Notes under the pieces: model-generated
Told to the model about the DNA's origin: nothing
Databases searched by the model: none
What the model saw: the letters and a program-made list of their open reading frames with translations, nothing else
Made by a program: the position numbers and the translations under genes
Source: an uncultured Clostridia bacterium
Lineage (GTDB): Bacteria > Bacillota > Clostridia > TANB77 > CAG-508
Reading direction: 5' to 3'
NCBI GenBank assembly: GCA_944388675.1
Contig: CALXJR010000013.1
Location: 1 to 20,546 of the forward strand
Length of the DNA stretch: 20,546 nucleotides
Shown: one piece after another, positions 1-7,820 of the stretch
How positions within the stretch are numbered: position 1 is the stretch's first letter
Layout of the letters: every line of letters begins with the position of its first letter

Positions 1-1223
1 GAAGGTGAATTTACAATTATTCTTCCAGCTTTTACTCTTTCAGAGAATTTTTGAATTGTATCTCTATCTTCTGAATGAATTACAGCTGAATGTCCAAGTC
101 CACCAAATTCAATTAATTTTTCTGCTAAATCAATTCCTTCATCAGAATTTTTTACAACATAATAAGCTAATACAGGACTTAATTTTTCCTTAGAGAATGG
201 ATATTCAATTCCTACTCCATTTTCTTTTAATACTAATACTTTTGTTTCCTTTGGTACTTCTATATCTGCACTTTTTGCAATATTATATGGACTTTGTCCA
301 ACAATTGCAGAATTTAGACTTCCACCTTTTTCTTTTATAAACATACTTTCACGTAATTTATTTGTCTCTTCTTCATTTAAGAAATAGCATCCAGCTTCTT
401 TCATTAGTTTTTCAAATTCTTTATGTATTTCTTTATCCACTATTACAGATTGTTCAGATGCACAAATCATTCCATTATCAAATGATTTTGAAAGCACTAG
501 GTCATTTACAGATGTTTTTAATTTAGCTGTTTTATCTATATAACATGGAACATTTCCTGGTCCAACACCTAAAGCTGGTTTTCCACAAGAATAAGCACTT
601 TGTACCATTCCCTTTCCACCAGTTGCTAATATTAAATTTACATCTGGATGATTCATAAGCATTGTAGTAGCAGTTATTGATGGTTCTTCAATCCATAATA
701 TACAATCTTTTGGAGCACCTGCTTGTACTGCAGCATCTCTTAAGATTGTAGCAGCTGCAACACTACATTTTTGTGCACTTGGATGGAATCCAAATATTAT
801 TACATTTCTTGTTTTAGCAGATATTATAGATTTAAACATAGTTGTAGATGTTGGGTTTGTAACAGGTGTAACTCCTGCAATTATTCCAACAGGCTCTGCA
901 ATTTCTTCATAGCCTTCTTCCTCATTTTCATTAATAACACCAACTGTTTTATCATATTTTATACTATGATAAATGTATTCTGTAGCAAACATATTTTTTG
1001 TAATTTTATCTTCATAAATACCACGCTTTGTTTCTTCTACTGCCATTTTAGCAAGTTCCATATGATGTTCTAGTCCTGCCATAGCCATAGCTTTAACAAT
1101 TTTGTCTACTTGGTCTTGTGAAAGTTTCATATATTCCTCTGATGCTTTTTTTGCTCTTGCAACTAAACCATCTATCATATCTTTAATATGATTCTTTTGT
1201 TCCTCTGTAAGTTCTGTTGCCAT
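1..1223 (-). CDS. adhE: Bifunctional acetaldehyde-CoA/alcohol dehydrogenase AdhE, N-terminal (aldehyde dehydrogenase) part; the 3' end lies beyond the window start
   Basis: Not in the ORF track, presumably because there is no stop in the window. The reverse strand from ATG at 1223-1221 stays open to position 1. It reads MATELTEEQKNHIKDMIDGLVARAKKASEEYMKLSQDQVDKIVKAMAMAGLEHHMELAKMAVEETKRGIYEDKITKNMFATEYIYHS...IAEPVGIIAGVTPVTNPTSTTMFKSIISAKTRNVIIFGFHP...ILATGGKGMVQSAYSCGKPALGVGPGNVP...FDNGMICASEQSVIV. This is collinear with the E. coli AdhE N-terminus as I remember it. AAGGAGG lies 7 nt upstream of the ATG. Confidence 0.9.
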   Translation of the reverse strand, partial: MATELTEEQKNHIKDMIDGLVARAKKASEEYMKLSQDQVDKIVKAMAMAGLEHHMELAKMAVEETKRGIYEDKITKNMFATEYIYHSIKYDKTVGVINENEEEGYEEIAEPVGIIAGVTPVTNPTSTTMFKSIISAKTRNVIIFGFHPSAQKCSVAAATILRDAAVQAGAPKDCILWIEEPSITATTMLMNHPDVNLILATGGKGMVQSAYSCGKPALGVGPGNVPCYIDKTAKLKTSVNDLVLSKSFDNGMICASEQSVIVDKEIHKEFEKLMKEAGCYFLNEEETNKLRESMFIKEKGGSLNSAIVGQSPYNIAKSADIEVPKETKVLVLKENGVGIEYPFSKEKLSPVLAYYVVKNSDEGIDLAEKLIEFGGLGHSAVIHSEDRDTIQKFSERVKAGRIIVNSP

Positions 1224-1277
1224 AAATTTACCTCCTTATTATACTTTTAGAAATAACCCCTTTTGTCCATTGGCTTT

Positions 1278-1305
1278 ATTATATATTACCTAGTTTTTTT
1301 GTCAA
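1278..1305 (-). promoter_or_regulatory. Sigma-70-type promoter for adhE
   Basis: On the minus strand, TTGACA (1305-1300), a 16-nt spacer, then TATAAT (1283-1278). This gives a leader of about 50 nt before the adhE ATG. Confidence 0.55.
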
Positions 1306-1426
1306 TGATTTTTTATAGATTTTATTTTTATAAATTTTACAATTTTCTTACTAAATCTACAATTAATAAGTTTTATTAATTATTAACTAAGCTACTTTTA
1401 TGAATTATAATTAGAATAAAATCCAT

Positions 1427-1454
1427 TTGACAAATGTAAAATATATGATATAAT
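1427..1454 (+). promoter_or_regulatory. Near-consensus promoter with extended -10, driving a short plus-strand transcript
   Basis: TTGACA (1427-1432), a 16-nt spacer ending in TGa, then TATAAT (1449-1454), so TGnTATAAT is present. No protein gene lies downstream before a terminator about 90 nt away. Confidence 0.6.
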
Positions 1455-1460
1455 AAAAAT

Positions 1461-1548
1461 AGAAATAAGGAGCCACAAAAGTGGTCGCCGTTTTATATGT
1501 ATTTTAAATACACACTCTAACAGCGCAGCAGAGTGTGTATTTTTTTAT
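1461..1548 (+). ncRNA. Candidate small RNA of about 85-90 nt, antisense to the 3' end of the small hydrophobic ORF (putative type I antitoxin RNA)
   Basis: It is bounded by the promoter at 1427-1454 and the hairpin plus T-run at 1508-1553. It contains a 5' hairpin, CCAC-aaaa-GTGG (1473-1484). It is fully complementary, because it is on the opposite strand, to the terminator stem and last codons of the minus-strand ORF 1545-1658. Ends are predicted, not measured. Confidence 0.45.
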
Positions 1549-1553
1549 TTTTT
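1508..1553. terminator. Bidirectional rho-independent terminator shared by the plus-strand sRNA and the minus-strand small ORF
   Basis: A 10-bp perfect stem, ATACACACTC (1508-1517) with GAGTGTGTAT (1531-1540), encloses a 13-nt loop. On the plus strand it is followed by TTTTTTATTTTTT. On the minus strand the tail is weaker (ATTTAAAAT). Confidence 0.7.
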
Positions 1554-1658
1554 GCTTAATATATGTATAATTACAACTATTAAGGCAATAGTTATGATAG
1601 TTACTGATACTAGACCAGCAAAAAGAAATATAATAAATTGAAATAAAAATTCTATCAT
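1545..1658 (-). CDS. 37-aa hydrophobic single-TM peptide with a C-terminal KK (candidate type I toxin)
   Basis: My own translation gives MIEFLFQFIIFLFAGLVSVTIITIALIVVIIHILSKK, then TAA at 1547-1545. GGAGG (1671-1667) lies 8 nt upstream of the ATG at 1658. An in-frame ATG two codons further up (1664) sits only 2 nt from the SD. The track ORF 1504..1689 is a different frame over the same DNA. Confidence 0.6.
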   Translation of the reverse strand: MIEFLFQFIIFLFAGLVSVTIITIALIVVIIHILSKK

Positions 1659-1662
1659 ACTC

Positions 1663-1685
1663 ATCACCTCCTTTGTGGAGGCGAC
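1663..1685 (-). promoter_or_regulatory. 5' UTR hairpin that sequesters the Shine-Dalgarno sequence of the small ORF
   Basis: The minus-strand RNA reads GUCGCCUCC-acaaa-GGAGGUGAU. That is a 9-bp stem (5 G-C/C-G core pairs plus U-A, C-G and two G-U pairs) with a 5-nt loop. The 3' arm is the SD itself. Confidence 0.5.
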
Positions 1686-1716
1686 ACACTTCTGCTTTTC
1701 CTTACTTCTGAGTAAA

Positions 1717-1745
1717 ATTATACAAATTATTTAATTATAAGTCAA
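1717..1745 (-). promoter_or_regulatory. Near-consensus promoter for the small hydrophobic ORF
   Basis: On the minus strand, TTGACT (1745-1740), a 17-nt spacer, then TATAAT (1722-1717). The predicted 5' UTR is about 45-50 nt. Confidence 0.6.
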
Positions 1746-1785
1746 TATAAAACTTAAAATTAATAGGAAAAAAATGTAAAAACTA

Positions 1786-1813
1786 TTGATTTTGAAAAGT
1801 AATATAGTATAAT
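1786..1813 (+). promoter_or_regulatory. Promoter for a second short plus-strand transcript
   Basis: TTGATT (1786-1791), a 16-nt spacer, then TATAAT (1808-1813). It is divergent from the small-ORF promoter. Confidence 0.55.
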
Positions 1814-1819
1814 AATGTT

Positions 1820-1930
1820 ACAGAAATTAACGAAACAAAATTCATAGCTATAAATTTCTGTAACGAGTTTTATTATTGTCTAAGTAAAGGACCCAAGAAA
1901 AGACTAGAGGTGCATGCTCTAGTCTTTTTC
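1820..1930 (+). ncRNA. Candidate small RNA or leader of about 110 nt, function unknown
   Basis: It runs from the promoter at 1786-1813 to a strong intrinsic terminator at 1897-1930. It has a 12-bp perfect inverted repeat, GTTACAGAAATT (1817-1828) with AATTTCTGTAAC (1853-1864), around a 24-nt loop. No credible ORF lies inside. Confidence 0.4.
1897..1930 (+). terminator. Rho-independent terminator
   Basis: Stem GACTAGAG (1902-1909) with CTCTAGTC (1917-1924), extendable by A-T pairs. The loop is 7 nt (GTGCATG) and is followed by TTTTT (1925-1929). Confidence 0.7.
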
Positions 1931-2048
1931 TGTACTAGTCAAACATCTTAAGAAGAAGATAATTAAGGACGAAATGGAAAAAAAATTGAAATATATTTAA
2001 ATTTTGCAAATGCATCGGACACAAAATATTATAATGGTGCAGTTTTAC

Positions 2049-2077
2049 TTGACTTTTTACCTTTATTTTTATATAAT
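2049..2077 (+). promoter_or_regulatory. Promoter for leuS
   Basis: TTGACT (2049-2054), a 17-nt spacer, then TATAAT (2072-2077). This leaves only about 30 nt of leader before the leuS ATG. Confidence 0.65.
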
Positions 2078-2113
2078 TTTTGCATATATATATTCAAAAA
2101 AGGGGCGATTTAT

Positions 2114-4504
2114 ATGTCATATAACTTTAGAGAAATTGAACCTAAATGGCAAAAATATTGGGACGAACATAAAACATTCTATACTGATGTATGGGATTTT
2201 TCAAAGCCTAAATATTATGCTCTAGACATGTTTCCTTACCCATCAGGACAAGGCTTACATGTTGGACATCCAGAAGGTTATACAGCAACAGATATTATGT
2301 CTAGAATGAGAAGAATGCAAGGCTATAATGTATTACATCCAATGGGATGGGATGCTTTTGGTCTTCCAGCTGAACAATATGCTATTAAAACTGGAAACCA
2401 TCCAGAAGGATTTACAAAAGCAAATATTGCTACTTTTAAAAGACAATTAAAAATGCTTGGTTTTTCTTTTGATTGGGATAAAGAAATATCAACATGTGAT
2501 CCATCTTTTTATAAATGGACTCAATGGATTTTTAAACAACTTTATAATGATGGTTTAGCAAAATTAATAGATATGCCAGTAAATTGGTGTGAAGAATTAG
2601 GAACAGTTCTTTCAAATGATGAAGTAATTAACGGAAAAAGTGAAAGAGGTGGCTTCCCTGTTGTAAGAAAGAATATGAAACAATGGGTTATGGATATTCC
2701 AAAATATGCTGAAATATTGCTAGAAGGATTAAATCATATTGATTGGCCAGAATCTACTAAAGAAATTGAAAGAAACTGGATTGGAAAATCTGTTGGTGCA
2801 GAAGTTACATTTAAAGTTGCAGATTCAGATTATGAATTTACTGTATTTACAACAAGACCAGATACATTATTTGGTGCAACTTATTGTGTACTTTCACCAG
2901 AGCACCCATTAGTTGATAAAATTACAACTAAAGAACATTCTAATGAAGTTAAAAAATATAAAGAAGAATCTGCTACTAAATCAGACTTAGAAAGAACAGA
3001 TTTAAATAAAAATAAAACAGGAGCATTTACAGGTAGTTATGCAATAAATCCTGTAAATGGTAAAAAGATTCCTATTTGGATTTCAGACTATGTTTTAATG
3101 ACATATGGAACAGGAGCAATTATGGCTGTTCCTGCTCATGACCAAAGAGATTATGATTTTGCAACTAAATTTGGACTAGATATTATTCCTGTTCTTGAAG
3201 GTGGAGACGTTTCTAAAGAAGCCTTCACAGGTGATGGAATTCATATTAATTCTGATTTTTTAAATGGTCTTGATAAACAAGAAGCAATAGACAAAATGAT
3301 TGAATGGCTTGAAGAAAAAGGTATAGGCGACAAAAAAGTAAATTATAAATTACGTGAATGGATTTTTGCAAGACAACGTTATTGGGGTGAGCCAATTCCT
3401 ATTGTATATACTGAAGATAATGAAATTCATGTATTAGCAGATGAAGATTTACCTTTAGTATTACCAGAGCTTGAGGATTACAAACCATCTAAAGATGGAG
3501 CTTCTCCTCTAGATAAAGCAAAAGATTGGGTAAATACTACATTTGAGGGTAAAAAAGCAAGAAGAGAAACTAGTACAATGCCTGGTTCTGCAGGATCTAG
3601 CTGGTATTTCTTAAGATATATAGACCCACATAATGATAAAGAATTTGCAAATCAAGAACTTCTAAAACACTGGATGCCAGTTGACCTATATGTTGGTGGA
3701 CCTGAACATGCAGTAGGCCACTTACTATATGCAAGATTCTGGAATAACTTCTTATATAATAAAGGATTATCACCTGTTAAAGAACCATTTGCTAAACTTT
3801 GTCATCAAGGTATGATTCTTGGTACAAATGGTGAAAAAATGAGTAAATCTAAAGGAAATGTTATAAATCCAGATGACATGGTAAAAGAATTTGGAGCAGA
3901 TGCTCTAAGAGTATATGAAATGTTTATGGGACCATTAAGTGCTGATAAACCTTGGGACCCAAATGGAATATCAGGTTCTAAGAACTTTCTAGATAGAGTT
4001 TGGAGATTATTCGCAGAATCTGATAAAGTAAAAGATGAAGAAAATAAAAACTTAGAAAGAGAATATCATTACACAGTAAAAAAAGTTACTAATGATTATG
4101 AAGCGATGAGCTTTAATACAGCAATAGCTCAAATGATGATATTTATTAATCAAGCTTATAAAGAAGATGTATTACCTAAAAAATATGCAGAAGGATTTTT
4201 ACAATTACTAAACCCAATTGCTCCACACATTACAGAAGAACTATGGAACAAATTAGGTCATACAGAAACAATTGCATATGAACCTTGGCCTACTTATGAT
4301 GAAGAAAAAACAAAGAGCAATACAATAAACCTTCCAATACAAATAAATGGAAAGTTACGTGCTACAATCGATATTCCAGTAGATGAAGATGAAGGAAAAA
4401 TTAAAGAATTAGCACATGAAGCAGTAAAAGAAAAATTAGAAGGTAAAACAATTGTAAAAGAAATATATGTAAAAAATAGAATTTACAATATTGTTTTAAA
4501 GTAA
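2114..4504 (+). CDS. leuS: Leucyl-tRNA synthetase
   Basis: A 796-aa ORF with class I signatures: HVGHPEGY (the HIGH motif) near the N-terminus and KMSKSKGN (the KMSKS motif). The overall sequence is typical of bacterial LeuRS ([16 protein letters not shown]...). A purine-rich AAAAGGGG lies upstream of the ATG. Confidence 0.98.
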   Translation: MSYNFREIEPKWQKYWDEHKTFYTDVWDFSKPKYYALDMFPYPSGQGLHVGHPEGYTATDIMSRMRRMQGYNVLHPMGWDAFGLPAEQYAIKTGNHPEGFTKANIATFKRQLKMLGFSFDWDKEISTCDPSFYKWTQWIFKQLYNDGLAKLIDMPVNWCEELGTVLSNDEVINGKSERGGFPVVRKNMKQWVMDIPKYAEILLEGLNHIDWPESTKEIERNWIGKSVGAEVTFKVADSDYEFTVFTTRPDTLFGATYCVLSPEHPLVDKITTKEHSNEVKKYKEESATKSDLERTDLNKNKTGAFTGSYAINPVNGKKIPIWISDYVLMTYGTGAIMAVPAHDQRDYDFATKFGLDIIPVLEGGDVSKEAFTGDGIHINSDFLNGLDKQEAIDKMIEWLEEKGIGDKKVNYKLREWIFARQRYWGEPIPIVYTEDNEIHVLADEDLPLVLPELEDYKPSKDGASPLDKAKDWVNTTFEGKKARRETSTMPGSAGSSWYFLRYIDPHNDKEFANQELLKHWMPVDLYVGGPEHAVGHLLYARFWNNFLYNKGLSPVKEPFAKLCHQGMILGTNGEKMSKSKGNVINPDDMVKEFGADALRVYEMFMGPLSADKPWDPNGISGSKNFLDRVWRLFAESDKVKDEENKNLEREYHYTVKKVTNDYEAMSFNTAIAQMMIFINQAYKEDVLPKKYAEGFLQLLNPIAPHITEELWNKLGHTETIAYEPWPTYDEEKTKSNTINLPIQINGKLRATIDIPVDEDEGKIKELAHEAVKEKLEGKTIVKEIYVKNRIYNIVLK

Positions 4505-4512
4505 ATTTTCCA

Positions 4513-4574
4513 ATATGGACGGTCCTTTTTTGGTGAAAACAAATATTTGTGTACTAAAAAAGGACCGTCTATAT
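4513..4574 (+). terminator. Long hairpin downstream of leuS (probable terminator)
   Basis: A 19-bp stem, ATATGGACGGTCCTTTTTT (4513-4531) with AAAAAAGGACCGTCTATAT (4556-4574), containing one G-U pair, around a 24-nt loop. The downstream U-tract is poor, so termination efficiency is uncertain. Confidence 0.5.
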
Positions 4575-4685
4575 TGTGCGATTTTAAAATTATCTAATGT
4601 AACATATTTGTAATATTTTTTTAACCTTTCTGTTATACTTTTTTAGCGAATTTTGTTGTATAATAATTTTAAACTAAGGAGAATT

Positions 4686-5783
4686 ATGCAAAAAATGAGT
4701 ATAGAGTCAGATTTAAAAAAAGATGGAATAACTGTTATTTCCGAATTAGATAAATCAAGTATTAATACTATAGCTAAAAATGTAAGCCAAAATATTATTT
4801 CTACATTTCCTAATATTGGCTTTTCTTTTGATGAACTTTACAATAGATTTTCCAATTTACCTATGTATATTGCACACATTCCAGAAGGTCTATCTGAAGC
4901 AAGTTATTTCTACAAAAATTCTGCAATTTATTTTAGAGATGGAATGGGACTTTCCGATTTGGAAAAATATGCTGTTCATGAATTAATTCATAATTTGCAA
5001 GAAGTCAAAGATGAAAAAGGAAATCTTAAAAGATTAGGCTTATGCATTTTTCATGGTTCTAAAGCATCTGGTATGGGCTTAAATGAAGCAGCGGTGCAAT
5101 GGATTACATCAAATATATGGGGAGAAACTTTTGAAAATGTAACATATTACAATATACAATTTTCTACAATAAGCCCTAATTGTTACCCTCTTTTATGCAA
5201 TATAATATATCAAATGACATATGTAACAGGAGAAGAAGTTTTAATAGACAGCACAATTAATAGTAATGATCATTTTAAAAACAAATTTTCAGCTTTATGT
5301 GGAGAATTAGCATATAGAACAGTTTCTGATTCTTTTGACAATATTTTAAATTGCGAAGAAAAAATTATTAAATTAAGCAATAAATTAGCAAATTCTGATG
5401 TGTCAACAGAGAAATATCATAAATTATCAGAAAAGATTGAAAATTTAAAAAAACAAATAAGACAGCAATATTTCCTTGCACAGGAAACCATTATAAAAAC
5501 TTATTTTGCAACAGTTTATAAATCTTTATTAAGTTCTGATGATATAGAAAGATTTAGAAAAAAACTATATAGTTTTAAAGATTTAATAGGAACTACTGAT
5601 GGTTATCATTTCTTTAACGACTATTACATATATATGATGGAAAATCTTGATAAGAAATTTGATAGTTTACCAGAAATTGAAAACAGTACTTATCTAATTG
5701 AAAGAAAAGAAAATACATTTTTAAAGATTATTAATTTTATAAAGAAAATTTTATTAAAAAGAGAATTTGAAAATGATAAATAA
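4686..5783 (+). CDS. Hypothetical protein with an HExxH zinc-metallopeptidase-like motif and a coiled-coil-like C-terminal half
   Basis: The track ORF starts at a TTG at 4653. I prefer the ATG at 4686 because AAGGAGA (4676-4682) precedes it. The motif is YAVHELIHNLQ, with GLNEAAVQ about 40 aa downstream as a possible third ligand. The C-terminal roughly 150 aa are K/E/L-rich. The pattern HELxHxxQ preceded by AIYFRDG resembles the DUF4157-type peptidase-like domain, but only from memory. Confidence 0.75.
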   Translation: MQKMSIESDLKKDGITVISELDKSSINTIAKNVSQNIISTFPNIGFSFDELYNRFSNLPMYIAHIPEGLSEASYFYKNSAIYFRDGMGLSDLEKYAVHELIHNLQEVKDEKGNLKRLGLCIFHGSKASGMGLNEAAVQWITSNIWGETFENVTYYNIQFSTISPNCYPLLCNIIYQMTYVTGEEVLIDSTINSNDHFKNKFSALCGELAYRTVSDSFDNILNCEEKIIKLSNKLANSDVSTEKYHKLSEKIENLKKQIRQQYFLAQETIIKTYFATVYKSLLSSDDIERFRKKLYSFKDLIGTTDGYHFFNDYYIYMMENLDKKFDSLPEIENSTYLIERKENTFLKIINFIKKILLKREFENDK

Positions 5784-5786
5784 ATT

Positions 5787-5921
5787 AAGCTGTTTTTGGG
5801 GACACCTTCCGAAAACAGCTTTTAGCTTGTCATTTTTTAATAAATCTATTTGCAGATTGCTAAAATACACTTAATTATTTTTAATAAAGCTGTTTTCGGA
5901 AGGTGTCCCTAAAAACAGCTT
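5787..5921. repeat. 135-bp element: two 35-bp inverted arms (34/35 identical) around a 65-bp AT-rich core. Each arm is itself a hairpin
   Basis: Arm A (5787-5821) is AAGCTGTTTTTGGGGACACCTTCCGAAAACAGCTT. Arm A' (5887-5921) is AAGCTGTTTTCGGAAGGTGTCCCTAAAAACAGCTT, the reverse complement with one mismatch. In each arm, AGCTGTTTT pairs with AAAACAGCT. The arms sit at the 3' ends of two convergent genes, and A' supplies the last codons and stop of the 5909..7141 gene. Confidence 0.8.
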
Positions 5922-7141
5922 ATTATATTTTCTGCTGCATTTCTGCCACTCCTTGCTGCCCATGCAACAGTTTGTTTTTCTCCTGCTATATCTCCGCCTG
6001 CATAAACATTTTTTAATGATGTTTGCATTTTCTCATTTATATTAATATAGCCCCATTTGTTTTTTTCAAAGTTTTCTATTACTTTTTCTTCAGGTTTAGA
6101 ACCTGTTGCCATTACTACATAATCCATATCCATTATGTAATTACTACCTTCTATATTTACAGGTGATAAACGTGTTTCACCTTCTTTTTTAACAAGTTGC
6201 GTTTTTATACATTCTATTTTTTCTACATGTGTTTTTCCAAGTACTTTTAATATATTATTCTGAAATAAAAATTCCACACCTTCTTCTTTTGCAGATTTTA
6301 TTTCTTTTTTTTCTGCAGGCATTTGTTCTTCTGCCCTTCTATATATAACATACACCTTTTTTGCTCCAAGTCTTTTTATTGTTCTTGCAGAGTCCATTGC
6401 AACATTTCCACCACCGATTACTGCTACAACCTTTCCTTCATATGATGGATGTATTCCTGTTTCTAATAAAGTATTTCCTCCATATACTCCTTCTAATTCT
6501 TCACCAGGAATATTCATTTTACTAGGAATATTAGCTCCTACAGATACAAATATTGCATCATATTGATTTTGTAAATCTTCTATATGTAAATTTCTACCTA
6601 ATTCTTTATTTAATTCTACTTTAATACCTAATTCTAATATTTTATCTATTGTATTTTTTACAACATCTTTTGGTAATCTAAAATCAGGTATTCCATGAAC
6701 TAAAATTCCACCAAGTTCATTATACTTCTCATATATTGTAACCTGTACCCCTTTCTTAGCTAAAAATGCAGAACAAGTAAGTCCTGCAGGACCTCCTCCA
6801 ATTACTGCAACTTTCTTATTAACTAATTTTTCATCTATTTCTTTTGGAATTTTATACCCATTTTTTATACTAATATCTCCTATTATGCTTTCCATTTCAC
6901 CTATTTGAACAGGATTTGATTTTATTCCTCTTACGCAACTTCCCTGACATTGTTTTTCATGTGGACATATTCTTCCACAAATAGCTGGTAATACTGTTGT
7001 ATTACTTAATATATTAAATGCTTTTTCATAATCTTCTTCATGTATAAAACTTGGTATATCATTATTTAATGGACATCCATTATTACTACAAGGTTTTACT
7101 TTACAATTTAAACAATATTCTCTAATTTCTTTCTCTTCCAT
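5909..7141 (-). CDS. NAD(P)H-dependent FAD/Fe-S oxidoreductase, glutamate synthase small-subunit-like (GltD/PreT/NfnB family)
   Basis: 410 aa. The N-terminal Cys clusters (CLNCKVKPC...GCP and CGRICPHEKQCQGSC) are typical of the GltD-type Fe-S domain. Two Rossmann motifs follow, VAVIGGGPAGL and VAVIGGGNVAMD. AAGGAAGGA lies upstream of the ATG. Confidence 0.85.
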   Translation of the reverse strand: MEEKEIREYCLNCKVKPCSNNGCPLNNDIPSFIHEEDYEKAFNILSNTTVLPAICGRICPHEKQCQGSCVRGIKSNPVQIGEMESIIGDISIKNGYKIPKEIDEKLVNKKVAVIGGGPAGLTCSAFLAKKGVQVTIYEKYNELGGILVHGIPDFRLPKDVVKNTIDKILELGIKVELNKELGRNLHIEDLQNQYDAIFVSVGANIPSKMNIPGEELEGVYGGNTLLETGIHPSYEGKVVAVIGGGNVAMDSARTIKRLGAKKVYVIYRRAEEQMPAEKKEIKSAKEEGVEFLFQNNILKVLGKTHVEKIECIKTQLVKKEGETRLSPVNIEGSNYIMDMDYVVMATGSKPEEKVIENFEKNKWGYININEKMQTSLKNVYAGGDIAGEKQTVAWAARSGRNAAENIISCF

Positions 7142-7215
7142 TTTTAGTCCTTCCTTATTATAAATTATTCTATTTAAAAATTAATCTTAATAATATTTGA
7201 AATCTTACAGAAAAT

Positions 7216-7785
7216 TTAATTTTTTGCATTTAATTCTTGCATCTTATGCTTTACTTGTTTTAAATCTCTCCAAAATTCTATTTTCTTTGTCTCATCTCTT
7301 AGTAATGCTGCTGGATGCCATGTTGGCATATATAAAATTCCTTTCTTTTCAATCCATTTTCCTCTTGATGCTGTTATTCCATATTCTTGTCCGCAAATAT
7401 TTTTAAGAGCTGTACTTCCTAATAGAACAATTATTTTTGGTTTTACTAGAATTACTTGATTTCTTAAATAATCTAAACATGCCTCTGCTTCATCTTGTTC
7501 TGGCACTCTATTTTGAGGTGGCCTACATTTTACTATATTTGTAATATATAGCTTATTTCTATCTATTCCCAATGCCTGCAAAGCTTTATTCATAAGCTGA
7601 CCAGCCTTGCCAACAAAAGGTATACCTTGCCTATCTTCATCTGCACCTGGACCTTCACCTATAAACATTATATCTGCTTGTTTATTTCCAGTTCCAAATA
7701 CTATATTGGTTCTATTCATACACAATTTACATTTTTTACAGCCTATTACTGATTTCTCTAAATCTTCCCAATTATGATACATCAT
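7216..7785 (-). CDS. udg: Uracil-DNA glycosylase, family 4 (4Fe-4S type)
   Basis: 189 aa. It has CKKCKLC near the N-terminus, the GEGPGADED active-site motif, KCRPP, a further Cys in the EAEACLDYL segment, and WHPAALLR near the C-terminus. Confidence 0.9.
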   Translation of the reverse strand: MMYHNWEDLEKSVIGCKKCKLCMNRTNIVFGTGNKQADIMFIGEGPGADEDRQGIPFVGKAGQLMNKALQALGIDRNKLYITNIVKCRPPQNRVPEQDEAEACLDYLRNQVILVKPKIIVLLGSTALKNICGQEYGITASRGKWIEKKGILYMPTWHPAALLRDETKKIEFWRDLKQVKHKMQELNAKN

Positions 7786-7820
7786 TTGCCTCTTTTCATT
7801 TTATTATTACATTTATTAAG

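Noticed and set aside
5-1073. Track ORFs 5..193 (+) and 771..1073 (+)
   Set aside because: Both lie antisense to the clearly coding adhE frame on the minus strand. Their products are low-complexity and Cys/Phe/Leu-rich, as expected from AT-rich antisense reading. Neither has an RBS.
1363-1379. Palindrome TTAATAA-gtt-TTATTAA upstream of adhE as a Rex operator
   Set aside because: It lacks the G/C positions of the Rex half-site (TTGTTAA / TTAACAA as I recall it). It is pure A/T, and such palindromes are common by chance here.
1504-1689. Track ORF 1504..1689 (-), 61 aa (MCRLHKGGDEYDRIF...)
   Set aside because: It starts at a non-ATG codon inside the SD hairpin and reads through the terminator stem. 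The overlapping frame with a proper SD and ATG gives the 37-aa hydrophobic peptide that stops just before the terminator, and that frame is the credible one.
1467-2005. Tiny SD-preceded ORFs inside the putative sRNA regions: GTG at 1481 giving MVAVLYVF, and ATG at 1974 giving MEKKLKYI
   Set aside because: At eight codons each they cannot be distinguished from chance in AT-rich DNA. I note them only in case ribosome profiling becomes available.
1820-2113. T-box riboswitch upstream of leuS
   Set aside because: There is no conserved T-box sequence (AAnnnGGGUGGUACCGCG-like), no stem I of adequate length with a specifier loop or K-turn, and no antiterminator alternative to the 1897-1930 hairpin. 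leuS also has its own near-consensus promoter downstream of that terminator.
2004-2225. Track ORF 2004..2225 (+)
   Set aside because: It spans the leuS promoter and runs out of frame into leuS. It has no RBS and its product is low-complexity.
7197-7406. Track ORF 7197..7406 (+)
   Set aside because: It is antisense to the well-supported UDG gene and its product is leucine/phenylalanine-rich and low-complexity.
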